Made by a program: the position numbers and the translations under genes. The notes under the pieces were generated by a model. That model saw only the letters and a program-made list of their open reading frames with translations, was not told where the DNA came from and did not search any database. From NCBI GenBank assembly GCA_963806225.1, contig CAWDXG010000004.1, positions 3,360,001 through 3,424,000 on the forward strand: a stretch of 64,000 bases of DNA, in the 5' to 3' direction. Of the stretch, positions 50,253-62,134 are shown piece after piece (the first letter of the stretch is position 1; each line of letters starts with the position of its first letter). This stretch comes from an uncultured delta proteobacterium. Lineage in GTDB: Bacteria > Myxococcota_A > Polyangia > Polyangiales > Polyangiaceae.

Positions 50253-53200
50253 GTGAGGAAACGGGCGCTCCTGACCGCTTTCGTGGCGGCGCTCGCGGCG
50301 AGCATGGCGGCGCCCGAGCATGCCAGCGCCCAGTTCAATCCGTTCGGGCGCAAGAAGCCGCACCCCGGCCAGCACCCGGGCACGCATCGTCCGGTGCACC
50401 ACCCGGCGAAGCCGAAGCCGGAACACAAGGGGCCGGGCACCGACGCGCTGATCGCCCGCTACGCGGGCATCGTGCTGTCGCAGCCCGGCGCGCAGTTCCC
50501 GCTGCAGCGGCTGGCCGAGCTGTACCGCCAGCGCGACGGCAATCTCGACAAGCTGGTCGCCGAGTTCGAGGGGCGCGCGAAGAAGAGCGGCAAGGGGCAG
50601 TGGAACGCGAAGGTCGCCCTGGCCGGCATCTACAAGCAGGACGGCCGCCCCCAGCAGGCCATCGCCACGTACAAGGAGGCGATCGCCCAGCGCCCGAAGG
50701 ACCCGGTGGCGATCATGGCGCTCGCCCACCTGCTTCAGGATCAGGGCGACAAGAAGGCGGCGCGCCAGCGCTACGAGCAGGCCCTGCCCTATCTCAAGGC
50801 CTCCGCCGACAAGGAGCAGACGCTGCGCACCCTGATGCAGCTGTCGCTCGACCTGAAGGACTTCGACGCCGCGAAGAAGTTCCACCGGAAGCTGGTGGCG
50901 AGGGCCAAGGGCTCGTTCTACGTGCGCGCCGAGCTGGGGCGCGAGCTGCTGCAACGCGGGGACTACCAGCGCGCGGTGGACGAGTACCAGACCGTGGTCA
51001 AGGCCGCGACGGGGGACAACCGCGTGATGGCACCGGCGCTGCGCGACTACGGCCGCGCGCTGGCCAAGCTCGGCAAGTCGAAGAAAGCGCTCGAGGTGCT
51101 GCACCGGGCATTGAGGCTCGCGGGCGGGCAGACGGGCGTGCGCCGCGCAGATCTACAGCATCATCGTCGATGTCTACCGCCACGACGACAAGCTCGCGAC
51201 GTTCATCGCGGAGCTGGAGAAGCAGCACCCGAACGACTTCGAGCGGCTGCGCCTGCTCGGCAACCTGTACGAGGAAACCGGCCAGGTCGACAAGGCGCTC
51301 GCCGCCTACAAGAAGGCGCTGAAGCGGAACGCGAAGGACATCGGCACGCGCATCAAGGTGGTGCAGCTGCTTCAGATCCAGGGCGAGCTCGACGAGGCCA
51401 TCAAGGAGTACGAGGCGCTGATCCGCGCGGCGCCGCACAACCCGGACTTCGTGTTCCAGCTGGCCGAGGCGCTGATCCAGCGCGGCGACCGCGACAAGGC
51501 GCTGGCGCAGCTCCGGAAGCTCGAAGCGCGCTCGAGGACACGACGAGGAGACGCTGGCCGCGCTGGCCGACTTCTACGAGCGGGTGGAAGAGAAGGACCG
51601 CGCGCTGCGACGTGCTCAAGCGGCTGGCCAAGATGGGCTCCGACCCGCGTCACCTGGTCGAGCTCGGCGACCGCTACTGGGACGAGGGCAACAAGAAGAA
51701 GGCGCTGGCGACCTGGAAGCGCATCAAGGTGATGGTGCCCGATCGCGCGCGCGCCCTGGACACGCTCGGCGAGGTGTACCTCGAGCACGACATGTCCAAG
51801 GAGGCGCTGGAAGCGCTCAAGCAGGCGATGAAGCTTGCGCCGAAGAACGTCAAGTACAAGAAGGCCTACGCGCTGGCGCTGGAGCGCACCGGCGCGAGCG
51901 CCTCCGGACGCGACGGCCGGCTCCGCCAGTACGACGCAGGCGCGCCGCATCTGGGAGGAGCTCCTGAAGGACGCCGGGCAGAACGAGTACCTGGCGCGGG
52001 AGGCGCGGCAGCACATCGTCACGCTGTGGAGCCTGGGCGGCACGCTCGGGCAGCGCGTGGCGCCGCTCGAGCGGCGGCTGAAGCAGCAAGCCGCCGGACC
52101 TGGACGCCGGACGGCTGCTCGCCGAGGCAGCAGGTCCGGCTGCACCGCTACGCGGACGCCGAGCGCACGCTCGAGCTGCATCGTCAAGCACGCGCCGGGC
52201 GACGCATCCAGCCTGGCGCGGCTCGAGCGCGTGCTGGTGCTGCAGCGCAAGCTGCGGCGAGGCGATCGGCGTGCTGCACAAGCTGGTGAAGGTCGAGCCG
52301 AAGCGCGCGCGCGAGTACTACCAGCGCATGGCGCAGTACGCCGCCGAGCTCTACAAGGACGACGACGCGATCAAGTACGCGGCGCACGCCGTCGAGCTCA
52401 GCCCCGACGACGCCGACGGGCATCGCAAGCTCGGCGAGATGTACCGCCGCCACGGCGACAACAAGAAGGCCATCGACGAGTTCCGCCAGGCGATCGCCAA
52501 GAACGACCGGCTGTTTCCGGTCTACTTCCAGCTGGCGGAGCTGCTCTTGAGTGAAGGCAAGGTCGACGAGGCGGACAAGCTGCTGCGCCGCGTGGTCCGC
52601 GCGTCGCCCGACGAGGAGCTGGTGGCGCAGGCGGCGCGCCTGAGCATGCAGATCAACCTGGGCAAGGGCACGCTCGAGTCGCTCGAGAAAGAGCTCCTGC
52701 CGGTCGCGCTGGGCAACCCGCAGAAGCCCATCTACCGGCGGCTGCTCGTCGAGATCTACGGCGCGATGGCTTTCCCGCTGGTCCACCAGAGCCAAGAGCC
52801 CGGACCCGGCCGAGGCGACAAGGCGCGCGCGCGGCGCTCGCGAAGATCGGCGAGCGCGCCGTCAAGCCGCTGCTCGACGCGCTGGGCGACGAGCGCGACA
52901 CCCAGCAGCGCATCGCCATCGAGCTGCTCGCGCACATCGAGAACAAGAGCGCCGGCCCGGCGCTGTTCGCCTATGCCACCGGCGCCGCCGATTCCGGAGC
53001 TGCGCGTGCGCGCGATGGTCGCCGTGGGCGCGCTCAGGGATCCGGCGCTGCTGCCGAAGCTCGGCGAGCTTCTGGCGCCGCACGGGGAGGTAGGTTCGGA
53101 CGAGTCCGATCCGATCGCGGTCGCTGCGGCATGGGGCGTGGCGCGCATGGGCTCGCCCAAGGCCGGGCCGCTGCTCGAGAAGCTGCTCGACAGCGAGGCG

Positions 53201-54337
53201 CCGAGCATCCGCGCGCTGGCCGCGCTGGGGCTCGGGCTGGGCGGCGACAAGACGGGCTGCCGCCAGGCTGGCCAAGGTTGTCGGTTCGCTGGAAGCCGGA
53301 CCCCTGCCGCGCGCCGCGGCAGCCTTCGCTCTGGGGCAGCTCGGCGATCATTCCCGCGTGGAAGTCGCTGGCCCAGCTGGCCGAAGCGAGGACCCGACGG
53401 TGCGCGCCGCGGCCATCGTCGCGCTGGCCCGCCTCGACGCGGCCAGGCCGCACCGCGCGCCATCGCCGAAGCGCTGGTGAGCCCGGATGCGGGGCTGCAG
53501 CACGCCGGAACCGCCGCGGCGCTGGTGCTCGCGACGGGCAAGTACCACGCGCCGCACGAGCCGCTGGAGGTCCCCGAGGGACGGGTCGACGTGCGGGCGC
53601 AGATCGACGCGCTGCGCCCCGGCGGCTATTCGCCGGACGACCACGCGCGCGCCCTGATCAAGCTCGCGCCTGCGCTGGAGACCGCCAGCGTCGCCGCCGT
53701 GCAGAGCTCGCCGGAGCGGGCGCGCTCCGTGGCCGACGCGCTGCTGGATCGCGGCGGCAAGCCCGCGTTCGGGCCGCTCACGCGCAAGCTCGACAAGGCA
53801 AGCCCGGCACTGCAGAAGGAGGCAGGGCGTGCCGCGAGCAGCATCGCAGCCGCGGTCGTGGCGCCGTTCGTGGCGCTCTCGCGCCATCCTTCGCCGGACG
53901 TGCGGGCCCGGTCCGTGCAGTTCCTCGCGACGCGGCCCGAGCCGGCCGCCCAGAAAGCGGTCGTCGAGGCGCTCGGCGATCCGGACGAGCACGTGGAGCG
54001 CGCGGCGCTGGCGGCGGCCGGGCGCGCCCGCACCCCGGGCGCAGTCGGTGCCGTCACCGGCCTGCTCACGGGCAGGAGCGACTGGCCGGTCCGGGTTCGC
54101 GCCGCCGAGGCCCTCGGAATGCTGGCGGCGGGCTCGCGCAACAAAAAGGCCGTCGAAGCGCTGAGCCGCGCGGCCAGGAGCGACGACTACGCCCTGGTGC
54201 GCGAGGCCGCCGTGCGCGCATTGGCCCGGGTCGACCCGGCGGCGGCGCGGCCCGTGCTCTCCGCAGTGGCGCAGAAAGACGCCGAGCCGCGTGTGCAGCG
54301 GACAGCCCGGAAGCTGCTCGACAACTTGAAGCACTGA
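50253..54337 (+). CDS. Large exported TPR plus HEAT-repeat protein; many frameshifts
   Basis: Signal peptide; TPR-like segments continue across frames; C-terminal VRxxAAEALG HEAT repeats. Confidence 0.75.
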
Positions 54338-54361
54338 AGCTGCGCTATGCTCTGGAGCGCC

Positions 54362-54899
54362 ATGCGAAGCCGCAGCCGGATCGGCAGGCAGCTCCCGGTG
54401 CTGCTCTTGTCTGCCCTTGTGCTGGGTGGCTGCCATGACCTCGATCGCTTCGACACGACGAGCGGTGACGCCTACTGCGGCAGCATCGTGACCGCACCGT
54501 TCATCCGCGACGCCAGCTACCCGCCCAACATGCGGATGCAGCTGCACCTCGACACCAGCTCGCTCACCACCGCGCCGGGCGATCTCGACGACCGACGATG
54601 CCTTGTGCAGCTCGGGCCCCCTGTTCAAGAGCGCCCAGATGCGCGCGCTCGACGAGGTCCAGAGCGACCCCATCAGCCAGATGCAATTCGGCGAGGGCCG
54701 CGAGCACAACTTCTTCGCGTGGGTCGACACCACCTGCCAGGGCACCGTGCTGGCGGTGGTGTCGCTGATGAAGAACGACGACGTGGAGGTGCGCCTGCTC
54801 AAGCCGGAGCCCGCCCCGCCTGCCGGCGAGAAGCCGCACTCGGGCTTTGCCGTCTTCCTGCTCAAGCGCCACAAGGGCGACTGCGGGTATTCGGACTGA
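54362..54899 (+). CDS. Hypothetical lipoprotein, frameshifted near 54585-54605
   Basis: Lipobox LGGC; coding signal continues in ORF 54603-54899. Confidence 0.65.
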
Positions 54900-54989
54900 A
54901 TGCACGCCGGCCGGGATGGCCGGAGCCCTGCTTCTACTCGCGCTCCTGGAGCGCCGCGCACGGCGCTAGTCCGTGCTATGCCGCCCGGC

Positions 54990-56060
54990 ATGCGCGTGCT
55001 GGGCATCGAAACCTCGTGCGACGAGACCGCGGCGGCGGTCGTCGCCGACGACGGCCGCGTGCTGTCGGACGTGGTGCACAGCCAGGTGAAGCTGCACGCG
55101 CCCTACGGCGGCGTGGTGCCGGAGCTCGCTTCCCGCGATCATCTGCGCAATGCGCGTCCGGTGATCGAGGCGGCACTCGAGCGCGCCGGGCTCGGCGCGG
55201 GCGACCTCGACGGCATCGCCGTAACGTGCCGGCCGGGGCTGTCCGGCGCACTGCTGGTCGGCGTGCAGGCCGCGCAGGGGCTGGCCTGGGCGGCGGACAA
55301 GCCCATCGTCGGCGTCGATCACCTCGTCGGGCACCTCCTGGCGGTGTTTCTGCAGCATCCCGGCGTGGAGTCGCCGCCGCCGCCCAGTTTCCCGTTCATC
55401 GCGCTCCTGGCCTCGGGCGGGCACACCGCGCTGTACCGTGTGGAAGGGCTCGACCTGTCCGAGGTACGCGAGCTCGGCGCAACCCGCGACGACGCCGCGG
55501 GCGAAGCCTTCGACAAGGTGGCGAAACTGCTCGGCCTCGGCTACCCCGGCGGACCGGTCATCGACAGGCTCGCGCGCGAGGGAAACCCGGAGGCGATCGA
55601 GCTTTCGCGTCCGATGAAGCGGCGCGACAGCCTGGAGTTCAGCTTCTCCGGCCTGAAGACGAACGTGATGCGCTGGGTCAACCAGCACGGGCGGCCCGGC
55701 GACGACCAGACGCTGCGCGATCTGTGCGCGGCGTTCCAGCGCCGCGTGGTCGACACCCTGGTCCAGAAGGCCGTGCGCGCGGCGCGCCGCGAAGAGGTCG
55801 GAGAGATCGTGCTGGCCGGCGGCGTGGCGGCGAATCGCGAGCTGCGCGAGCGCTCCGCCGAGGCCGCCGCCGTGCACGGGATCCGCGTCGTGGTGCCGCC
55901 TTTCAAGAGCTGCACCGACAACGCCGCGATGATCGCCTACGCAGGCCTGTCGCGCCTCGCGCGCGGCGAGAACGACTCCGGCCGCATCGAAACCACGCCG
56001 CACACCGCCCTGCTCCGCGTCACGCGCAAGGGCCCTGGTCGCCGCAGGCCCTCGAGCTAG
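54990..56060 (+). CDS. tsaD: tRNA N6-threonylcarbamoyltransferase
   Basis: LGIETSCDET, GGVVPELASR, HLVGH, SGGHT, DDAAGEAFDK, CTDNAAMIA. Confidence 0.97.
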   Translation: MRVLGIETSCDETAAAVVADDGRVLSDVVHSQVKLHAPYGGVVPELASRDHLRNARPVIEAALERAGLGAGDLDGIAVTCRPGLSGALLVGVQAAQGLAWAADKPIVGVDHLVGHLLAVFLQHPGVESPPPPSFPFIALLASGGHTALYRVEGLDLSEVRELGATRDDAAGEAFDKVAKLLGLGYPGGPVIDRLAREGNPEAIELSRPMKRRDSLEFSFSGLKTNVMRWVNQHGRPGDDQTLRDLCAAFQRRVVDTLVQKAVRAARREEVGEIVLAGGVAANRELRERSAEAAAVHGIRVVVPPFKSCTDNAAMIAYAGLSRLARGENDSGRIETTPHTALLRVTRKGPGRRRPSS

Positions 56061-56788
56061 TCCGCCCCGCCGTCGCGCACGGGCCGGAGCGGACCGATGG
56101 TGCGCGCCAGCTGCACCGCCTTCACCAAGCGCCCGGAATCGTCCGCGGTGATGCCCATCTGGAAGTCGACGAGACCGCCGTTCCTGCCGACCACCACCAC
56201 CAGCGGTACCAGGCTGAACGGGTCGTAGGACAGGGCGAAAGCCGGATACTTCGTGGCCCGCACCACCGGAAGATGCGAGAGCCCATGGCGGCGCAGATAT
56301 CCCGGGACCTGATGGGATGTTTCCAGCTCGTCCGCCGAGACCAGGATCACCGTCAGCGGCCCCAGCTTGTCGAGGGCCTTCTTGACGAAGGGCAGCTTCT
56401 TCTCGCAGACCGGACACCAGCTCGCGAAGAAGACGACCAGGAACGCGCGGTCACCGACCAGCGCGTCCGAGTCGAAGCTCCGGCCGTCGGTGGAGCGGAC
56501 GTGGAAGGCCGGCACCGGCCCGTTGTCCATGCCGACGAAACGCAACCCGCGAAGCTTCTCCAGATCGATCTGTCCCGAGCCGGCGGCGGACGAATCGGAT
56601 GACTCGAAGTACAGCTTCGCGGGCGGCGGCGCAGGGCGGGGGCTCGCGGAACCTGCGCTGGCGCGAACGCTTGGGGCCGCGGTGGGAGGGGACGCGCGCG
56701 GATCGGGCCCGGCTGTCTCGCGCGCTGTTCCGCACGACGCCACCGGGAGCAGCGCGAGGGCCAGCGACAGAGCGCGCCGTGGCGTCAC
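56057..56788 (-). CDS. TlpA/redoxin family lipoprotein
   Basis: Lipobox VASC; FFASWCPVC. Confidence 0.85.
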   Translation of the reverse strand: MTPRRALSLALALLPVASCGTARETAGPDPRASPPTAAPSVRASAGSASPRPAPPPAKLYFESSDSSAAGSGQIDLEKLRGLRFVGMDNGPVPAFHVRSTDGRSFDSDALVGDRAFLVVFFASWCPVCEKKLPFVKKALDKLGPLTVILVSADELETSHQVPGYLRRHGLSHLPVVRATKYPAFALSYDPFSLVPLVVVVGRNGGLVDFQMGITADDSGRLVKAVQLARTIGPLRPVRDGGAD

Positions 56789-56865
56789 CTATCTAGGATA
56801 GTGCCACTTTCGTCGCGCGCACGTCCGGGCGCCGGACCACGGGGCCCGGGGCCCCCGCATCACTT

Positions 56866-58914
56866 CTAGTCGTGCTTCTTGTGGTTGTGGTGCTTGGCCG
56901 ACTTCTTCGAGTGATGTGTGGACGTAGCGTGCGCCGTCGACGACTTCTTCGACGAGTGATGGTGCTTGTGGTGGCTCGTCTTCGTCGAGGACGGCGCGCT
57001 CTTGTGCGGTGCGCTGATCAGGAACTCGACGAAGTCATGGCGCAGCCGGACGCGATAGCCGGGAACGCCGTCGCGGAACTTGAAGCTGATCTGGGCGCCG
57101 CCAGCGGTGTTCGAGGTGCTGACCCGGGCGATGCGCTTGTCGCGACGCGCGATACTGCGCCCGCTCTCCATCACCTTGCGACCGGGGATCACGACCGTGA
57201 ATCCGGTCGGATTGATCGCGCCCTGGATGGCCGAGCCCGCCGCGTCCAACCTGAGCCGGTGGATGGTCGGCTTGTGCACATGGCCGTGCCCCCACGGTCC
57301 CACATCCTGCGGGCGGATCTGCTTTTTGACACGGGCTTTCTTCGCCGGCTTGTCGTTGAAGGTCTCGTCTGCCGCTGCGGGAGCCGCTTTGGCTGCAGCC
57401 AGTTCCCTGGCTCCCTCAGCGTCGAGGGATAAAGGGTTGGCACCCTCCTCCGGCGCCGAACCCAGGGGAGCTGGCTCCATCGTCGCCATCGGCTTGGGGC
57501 CGAACAGCGGGACGTCCGCGGTAACGCCCTTCTTCCCAGGCTCGGCGAGCTCCTTCTTGGTCGACAGGGGCTTGCCGGACGCTCGCTGCGCGACGACCGG
57601 GTTGCCCTGTTCGTCGACCTGCTTCACGTCCACGTTGGCCGGAACGGCGGGCGAAGCGGCGGCCTGTGCCTTGGCCCCGGGCGGCGGCGCCGACTTGTGG
57701 GTCGCGAGCGCGATCACCGTGGCGAGCAGAACCACGGCCGACGCCGCGATGGCGACCTTCTTCGCGCGGCTCTTCTTCGCCGGGGGTGGAACCGGCGCGG
57801 GCTGGGTGGCAGGCACCGCGTCGCGCGACGAGGACTGCGGACGCAGCCGCACCCCACGCGATGACAGCACCCCCGAGGGCGGCACCGCGGTCGTGCGGCG
57901 GGGCGCCGCTTCGTCCTGCCCGCTGCGCTTCTGCTTGAGCTCGACCACCTTGGCGCCGGCGCCCTTGAAGAGTCGGCCCAGGCCCTGGGCTGCGACCCCT
58001 CCAGCACGAGCCAGCGTCGCGCCAGTGGTGCGCGCCACCTCGCCAGCGGTTCCGGCAATCGAATCGAAGCGCTCGCGCAGCGCGCCGGCTTCGGCCGCAA
58101 CTTCGTCCTCGGGAGCGAGCTCGGCCTCGGCGAAGTCATCGTCGAAGGCGTCGCTCTCGGCACGGCCTTGCTCGATGCCGGCCGGCATGTGCGGGGGCGG
58201 CAGCGGCGAGCGATGCGTCGCGCTCATGCCGGTGTCGATGACGGACGGCTCCGGCGTCGACTCCGCGTCGTCGAAGCGCAGCGACACCACCAGCTGCGGT
58301 ACCTGGGTCGCTGGGTCCACCACCACGTCGACGCTGTCGATGTGCGCGCCGCGCTTGTCGCCTGCGTGCAGATCCTCGATCTCGAGGTGGCGGCCGACCT
58401 TCAGGAACTCGAGGTTCGAGCCCACCGAGACCTTGCGGCTGCCGCCGTCGCGGACCCGCGCTTTCATCGGCGAACCGAGCCCATCGATGTGGAGGCGCAC
58501 CCGCGCACCCGGTTCTGCAGCCGACGCTCCGGCGTCGGGCTCGTCCGGGGAGCCCTCGTCGTCGTGCGGGTCGGATCCGGCAGATCCGGTTCCGCACAGC
58601 TCGCGGAGCGCGTCGACGCTGCCGCTGTCGAGCGCGGTGAACTGGATGCCGAACTCGCCGCCCCGCGCCTCCTCCGTGCGCCAGGCCACCACACCTTCGA
58701 CCACGATCTCGCGCCCGCGATCCTCGAAGCGGCACACGAGCGGCGCGCCTTCCTCGGGCAGGTAGGCGGTCCGTACGTGCATGCCGCGGCCGCTCACGTC
58801 CAGCGACTCCGCCTCGAAGGCCGGAATCCCCGGGTCGTTTCCGCAGATCTCGACGAGCGTCTCTACCGGCACGCGACCGGCAGCCGGCGAGCGGCGTTCC
58901 TCGTTATCCATCAT
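56866..58914 (-). CDS. PilZ-domain membrane protein with a His/Lys-rich tail
   Basis: ERR....RV, DVSGRGM, VVAW, FGIQF; one TM helix; C-terminal beta domain. Confidence 0.8.
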   Translation of the reverse strand: MMDNEERRSPAAGRVPVETLVEICGNDPGIPAFEAESLDVSGRGMHVRTAYLPEEGAPLVCRFEDRGREIVVEGVVAWRTEEARGGEFGIQFTALDSGSVDALRELCGTGSAGSDPHDDEGSPDEPDAGASAAEPGARVRLHIDGLGSPMKARVRDGGSRKVSVGSNLEFLKVGRHLEIEDLHAGDKRGAHIDSVDVVVDPATQVPQLVVSLRFDDAESTPEPSVIDTGMSATHRSPLPPPHMPAGIEQGRAESDAFDDDFAEAELAPEDEVAAEAGALRERFDSIAGTAGEVARTTGATLARAGGVAAQGLGRLFKGAGAKVVELKQKRSGQDEAAPRRTTAVPPSGVLSSRGVRLRPQSSSRDAVPATQPAPVPPPAKKSRAKKVAIAASAVVLLATVIALATHKSAPPPGAKAQAAASPAVPANVDVKQVDEQGNPVVAQRASGKPLSTKKELAEPGKKGVTADVPLFGPKPMATMEPAPLGSAPEEGANPLSLDAEGARELAAAKAAPAAADETFNDKPAKKARVKKQIRPQDVGPWGHGHVHKPTIHRLRLDAAGSAIQGAINPTGFTVVIPGRKVMESGRSIARRDKRIARVSTSNTAGGAQISFKFRDGVPGYRVRLRHDFVEFLISAPHKSAPSSTKTSHHKHHHSSKKSSTAHATSTHHSKKSAKHHNHKKHD

Positions 58915-59079
58915 GGTCTTGCCTCCGGGGGGCTCCGGACAAGCCGGGCCGCCTCGAACCGGGGTAGGTCGTGCGCGCTGATCGGGCCAAATTTCGGGAG
59001 CCGGTCGGCCCGCGCTCCGGCGCGCGAAGGCAGGCGGGAAGGTGGACAGGAGGCGGACCTGTCGCCATCATGCGCGCCG

Positions 59080-60078
59080 ATGGCGCTCACCGTCGTGGTG
59101 CGCTCCGGCGACCCGGCAGCGCCACCCTCCATCACCTTCGATGCACCCCGCATCGTCATCGGGCGGGGCGAGGGCTGCGAGGTCCGCCTTCCCGACCCGA
59201 GCGTGAGCCATCGCCACGCTTCGATCCGCCAGCGCGGCACCGAGTACATCGTGGTGGACGAGGGCAGCACCAACGGCACGTTCGTCGGCCCAGTGAAGCT
59301 CTCGCCCCAGGCGCCGCGCGTGCTCCGCTCCGGCGATCTGCTCCGCATCGGGCGCATCTGGCTGGAAGCCCGCATGGAGCACGTGCCGCCCACCCAGAAC
59401 CAGCCAGTCGCCACCCGCGAGATGGCGCTGGCGCTGGTCAGCAACGCCCTGGCCTCCGAGGGCGAGTCGGCGGCGGTGCGCGTGCGCATCATCGAAGGCC
59501 CCGACGCGGGGCGCGAGATGCTCGTGGCCGAGTTCGAACGCGGCCACGTCATCGGTCGCGGACAGAAGGTGGAGCTATCGGTCGACGACGAGGACGCATC
59601 GCGGCGGCACCTCGAAGTGATCCGCCGCGGCAAGCAGCTCCTGGTGCGCGACCTGGGCTCGAAAAACGGCTCGCGACTGGGCGAACAGGAGCTCGAGAGC
59701 AGCAAGGAACGGGCCTGGCCGCGCGGCGAGTCGCTGTTCGTGGGCAAGAACCGCTTCGTCTACGATGACCCGGTCGCCGACGCTCTGGAGGAGCTCGAGC
59801 GCGCGGCGGACGACCGCATGCGGGACGACGAATCGGTGGATCCTCCCGATGCGGAGTCCACGCCCGCCCCCGCCGAGCCGGACGAGTCGGACGCCGACGA
59901 AGCGCCGCCCGCCGGGAGCCGGCGCGAAGCACCTATCGCCGCCATCCCCGAACGGAAGAAGCCGGCCGGCAGGAGCCGGAGCGGGTGGAACACGACCGAT
60001 TTGCTGGTCGCGCTGCTCGCTCTCCTCGTACTGGGCCTGAGCGTGCTGGGCCTGTGGTGGCTCTTCCGCAGCCAGTAG
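59080..60078 (+). CDS. Double FHA-domain membrane protein
   Basis: IGR..VSHRHA..STNGT and IGR..SRRH..SKNGS; C-terminal TM helix. Confidence 0.9.
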   Translation: MALTVVVRSGDPAAPPSITFDAPRIVIGRGEGCEVRLPDPSVSHRHASIRQRGTEYIVVDEGSTNGTFVGPVKLSPQAPRVLRSGDLLRIGRIWLEARMEHVPPTQNQPVATREMALALVSNALASEGESAAVRVRIIEGPDAGREMLVAEFERGHVIGRGQKVELSVDDEDASRRHLEVIRRGKQLLVRDLGSKNGSRLGEQELESSKERAWPRGESLFVGKNRFVYDDPVADALEELERAADDRMRDDESVDPPDAESTPAPAEPDESDADEAPPAGSRREAPIAAIPERKKPAGRSRSGWNTTDLLVALLALLVLGLSVLGLWWLFRSQ

Positions 60079-60097
60079 CAGCGGAGGCTGGCAACCG

Positions 60098-62134
60098 TCA
60101 GTGCTTCTTCGGCCCCTCGTCGTAGCCGCGCGGGCGGTACTTCGGCGGCGACGCCGTGGTTCTTCTTGCCGTTGTACGCGACGTCGTTCACCAGGTAGGA
60201 AAGCCAGGATCCGGGGTGTTTTGCGGCTATCTCCTGCAGCTCGGCTTCGTGTTGCTTGAAGTCCTTCTCGTCCCAGAGGCACTGCAGCCCCAGCGCGATC
60301 AGGTTTGGATCGTTCGGCCGCCATCTCGAAGCCGCGGCGGTACTCGGGCCAGGCCTCGTCCGGACGGTGCAGCCGGCACAGCGTGTCGGCGTAGTAGATG
60401 TGCGCCATCGGCCAGCTCGGCGCCAGGTCGAGCGCGTGCTTGCTGATTCGCAGACGCTGGTCCAGATGTCCGCGCGCGCCCAGCATCACCGAGTAGTTCA
60501 GATGGGCCTTGGCGCTGTTCGGCACGGCCTCCCGCGTCGCGCGCCAGAACGTGAGGTCGTCCGTGTAGTCGAGTGCGTGCATGCGTGCTCGCACCGACTG
60601 GAAGCCGAAGAACGGCGACCGCCAGCGCCACGGCCACGGCGCCGCCTTTCCAGCGCACGCGGTGGTAGAGCCACGTGAGGCCACCGCGATCACCAGCGCG
60701 GTGCCCATCACCGGCAGGTACCAGAAGCGCTCGGCGCGCACCGTGGGCAACAGCACCGGGATGTTCGAATGCGGAAAGTACGCGACCGGCGCCCAGACCA
60801 ATCCGATCGCCAGCAGCATCGCGTTCGACGAGACTGGGCGAGTCGCGGTTCGCCAGGACGCCGCTCGCGGCGCGCCGCTCGCGGCGCTCGATGACCAGCG
60901 CGCGCACCCACATGCCCACGCCCGCCAGCGGCGGCGCGATCATGAAGAGCGGCTCCGACCACGCTCCCGGGGAACAGCAGTCGCGGCGGGATCGGCTCCT
61001 GGGGATACGAGTAGTCGCCGCTCAAATGCAGCGGGAAGAACACCTGCCCGAGCCCGCGCCAGTAGACCCGTAGCGCCCCGGCCACGCGATGTGGGAAATC
61101 CGCCTTGACCAGCGGGTTGTTGATCGGGATCTCGCGGGAGGCTCGGCTGCTGGAACCAGGCCATGAACGCGTGCATCGCCCGCTCCGCCAGCGGCGCGGA
61201 CGCCGGCAGCGGATGTTCCAGGGAGGCGGGCAACCTCACGGGGAAGAAGTGACGTCGGAAGTACGTGTAGGCGACCAGCCCGCCGGTCGTGGCCACGAGC
61301 GCGAACAGCGCGCGCAGCACGCGGCGCGGTCGTTCCGGATGGAGCGCCGGCGACGCGACCAGCGCGAACCAGGCGACGAGCGGCACCGCGACCAGCGCGC
61401 TCTCCTTGCACAGCATCCCGAAGAGCATCGCGGCGAAGACGGCGAACGGCATGGCGAACAGCGGCAGCTCGAGAGCGAGCACGCACAGGATCACGCCGAG
61501 CCCGCCGAGCACGTCCGCGATACCGACCACGCCGGTGATCGCTTCGGTCAGGACCGCGCTCATCAGGAAGGACGGCGCCGGCGAGCCACGAGATCCCGCG
61601 CCGCCGCGTGATCCTGAGCACGATGCCTGCGATGAGCGCAGCGTTGACGGCGTGGAAGACCACGTTCACCCAGTGGTGCAGCCACGGGGCCTGGCTGATG
61701 TGCCAGAGAGACGCGCCAGATCATGTCCGGGATCGGGCGGTACGAGCCGATGCTGCGCCCCGGCGGCAGACCCCAGAAGTCGCGCCGGAATGCATCGAGA
61801 AAGCGCAGCCCGTGACCGTTGACGTAGGGATTCGCCAGCAGCGCTTCCTGCTCGTCGAAGATGTAGTTGCTGGCCGGGCTGCGCACGAACAGGATGGCCG
61901 CGACGATCAGTGCCGGCGTGAACGCGATCCAGAAGGTCGGGTCCTGCTCGTGGAAGTAGCGCCGGAGCCACGCGCCGAAGGAGACCAGACGAGTCCCGAT
62001 CCGCTGGAGAAGCGGACGGCGCGACAGCGCGGGGGGGGCGTTCCGGCGGGCGCAGGCGGGCTCACGGCCTCCGGCGGGGCAGCGCCGGGCGCGTCGGGAG
62101 GAGGAGCCAGCTCGGGAGACGCCGGTTCGTTCAC
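60098..62134 (-). CDS. TMTC/DUF1736-like GT-C plus TPR membrane protein; many frameshifts
   Basis: IFDEQEALLANP, DFWG..SYRP, NVVFHAVN, TEAITGVVG.AD, KES, PLHLSGDY, AERFWYLP, TPR tail. Confidence 0.75.
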
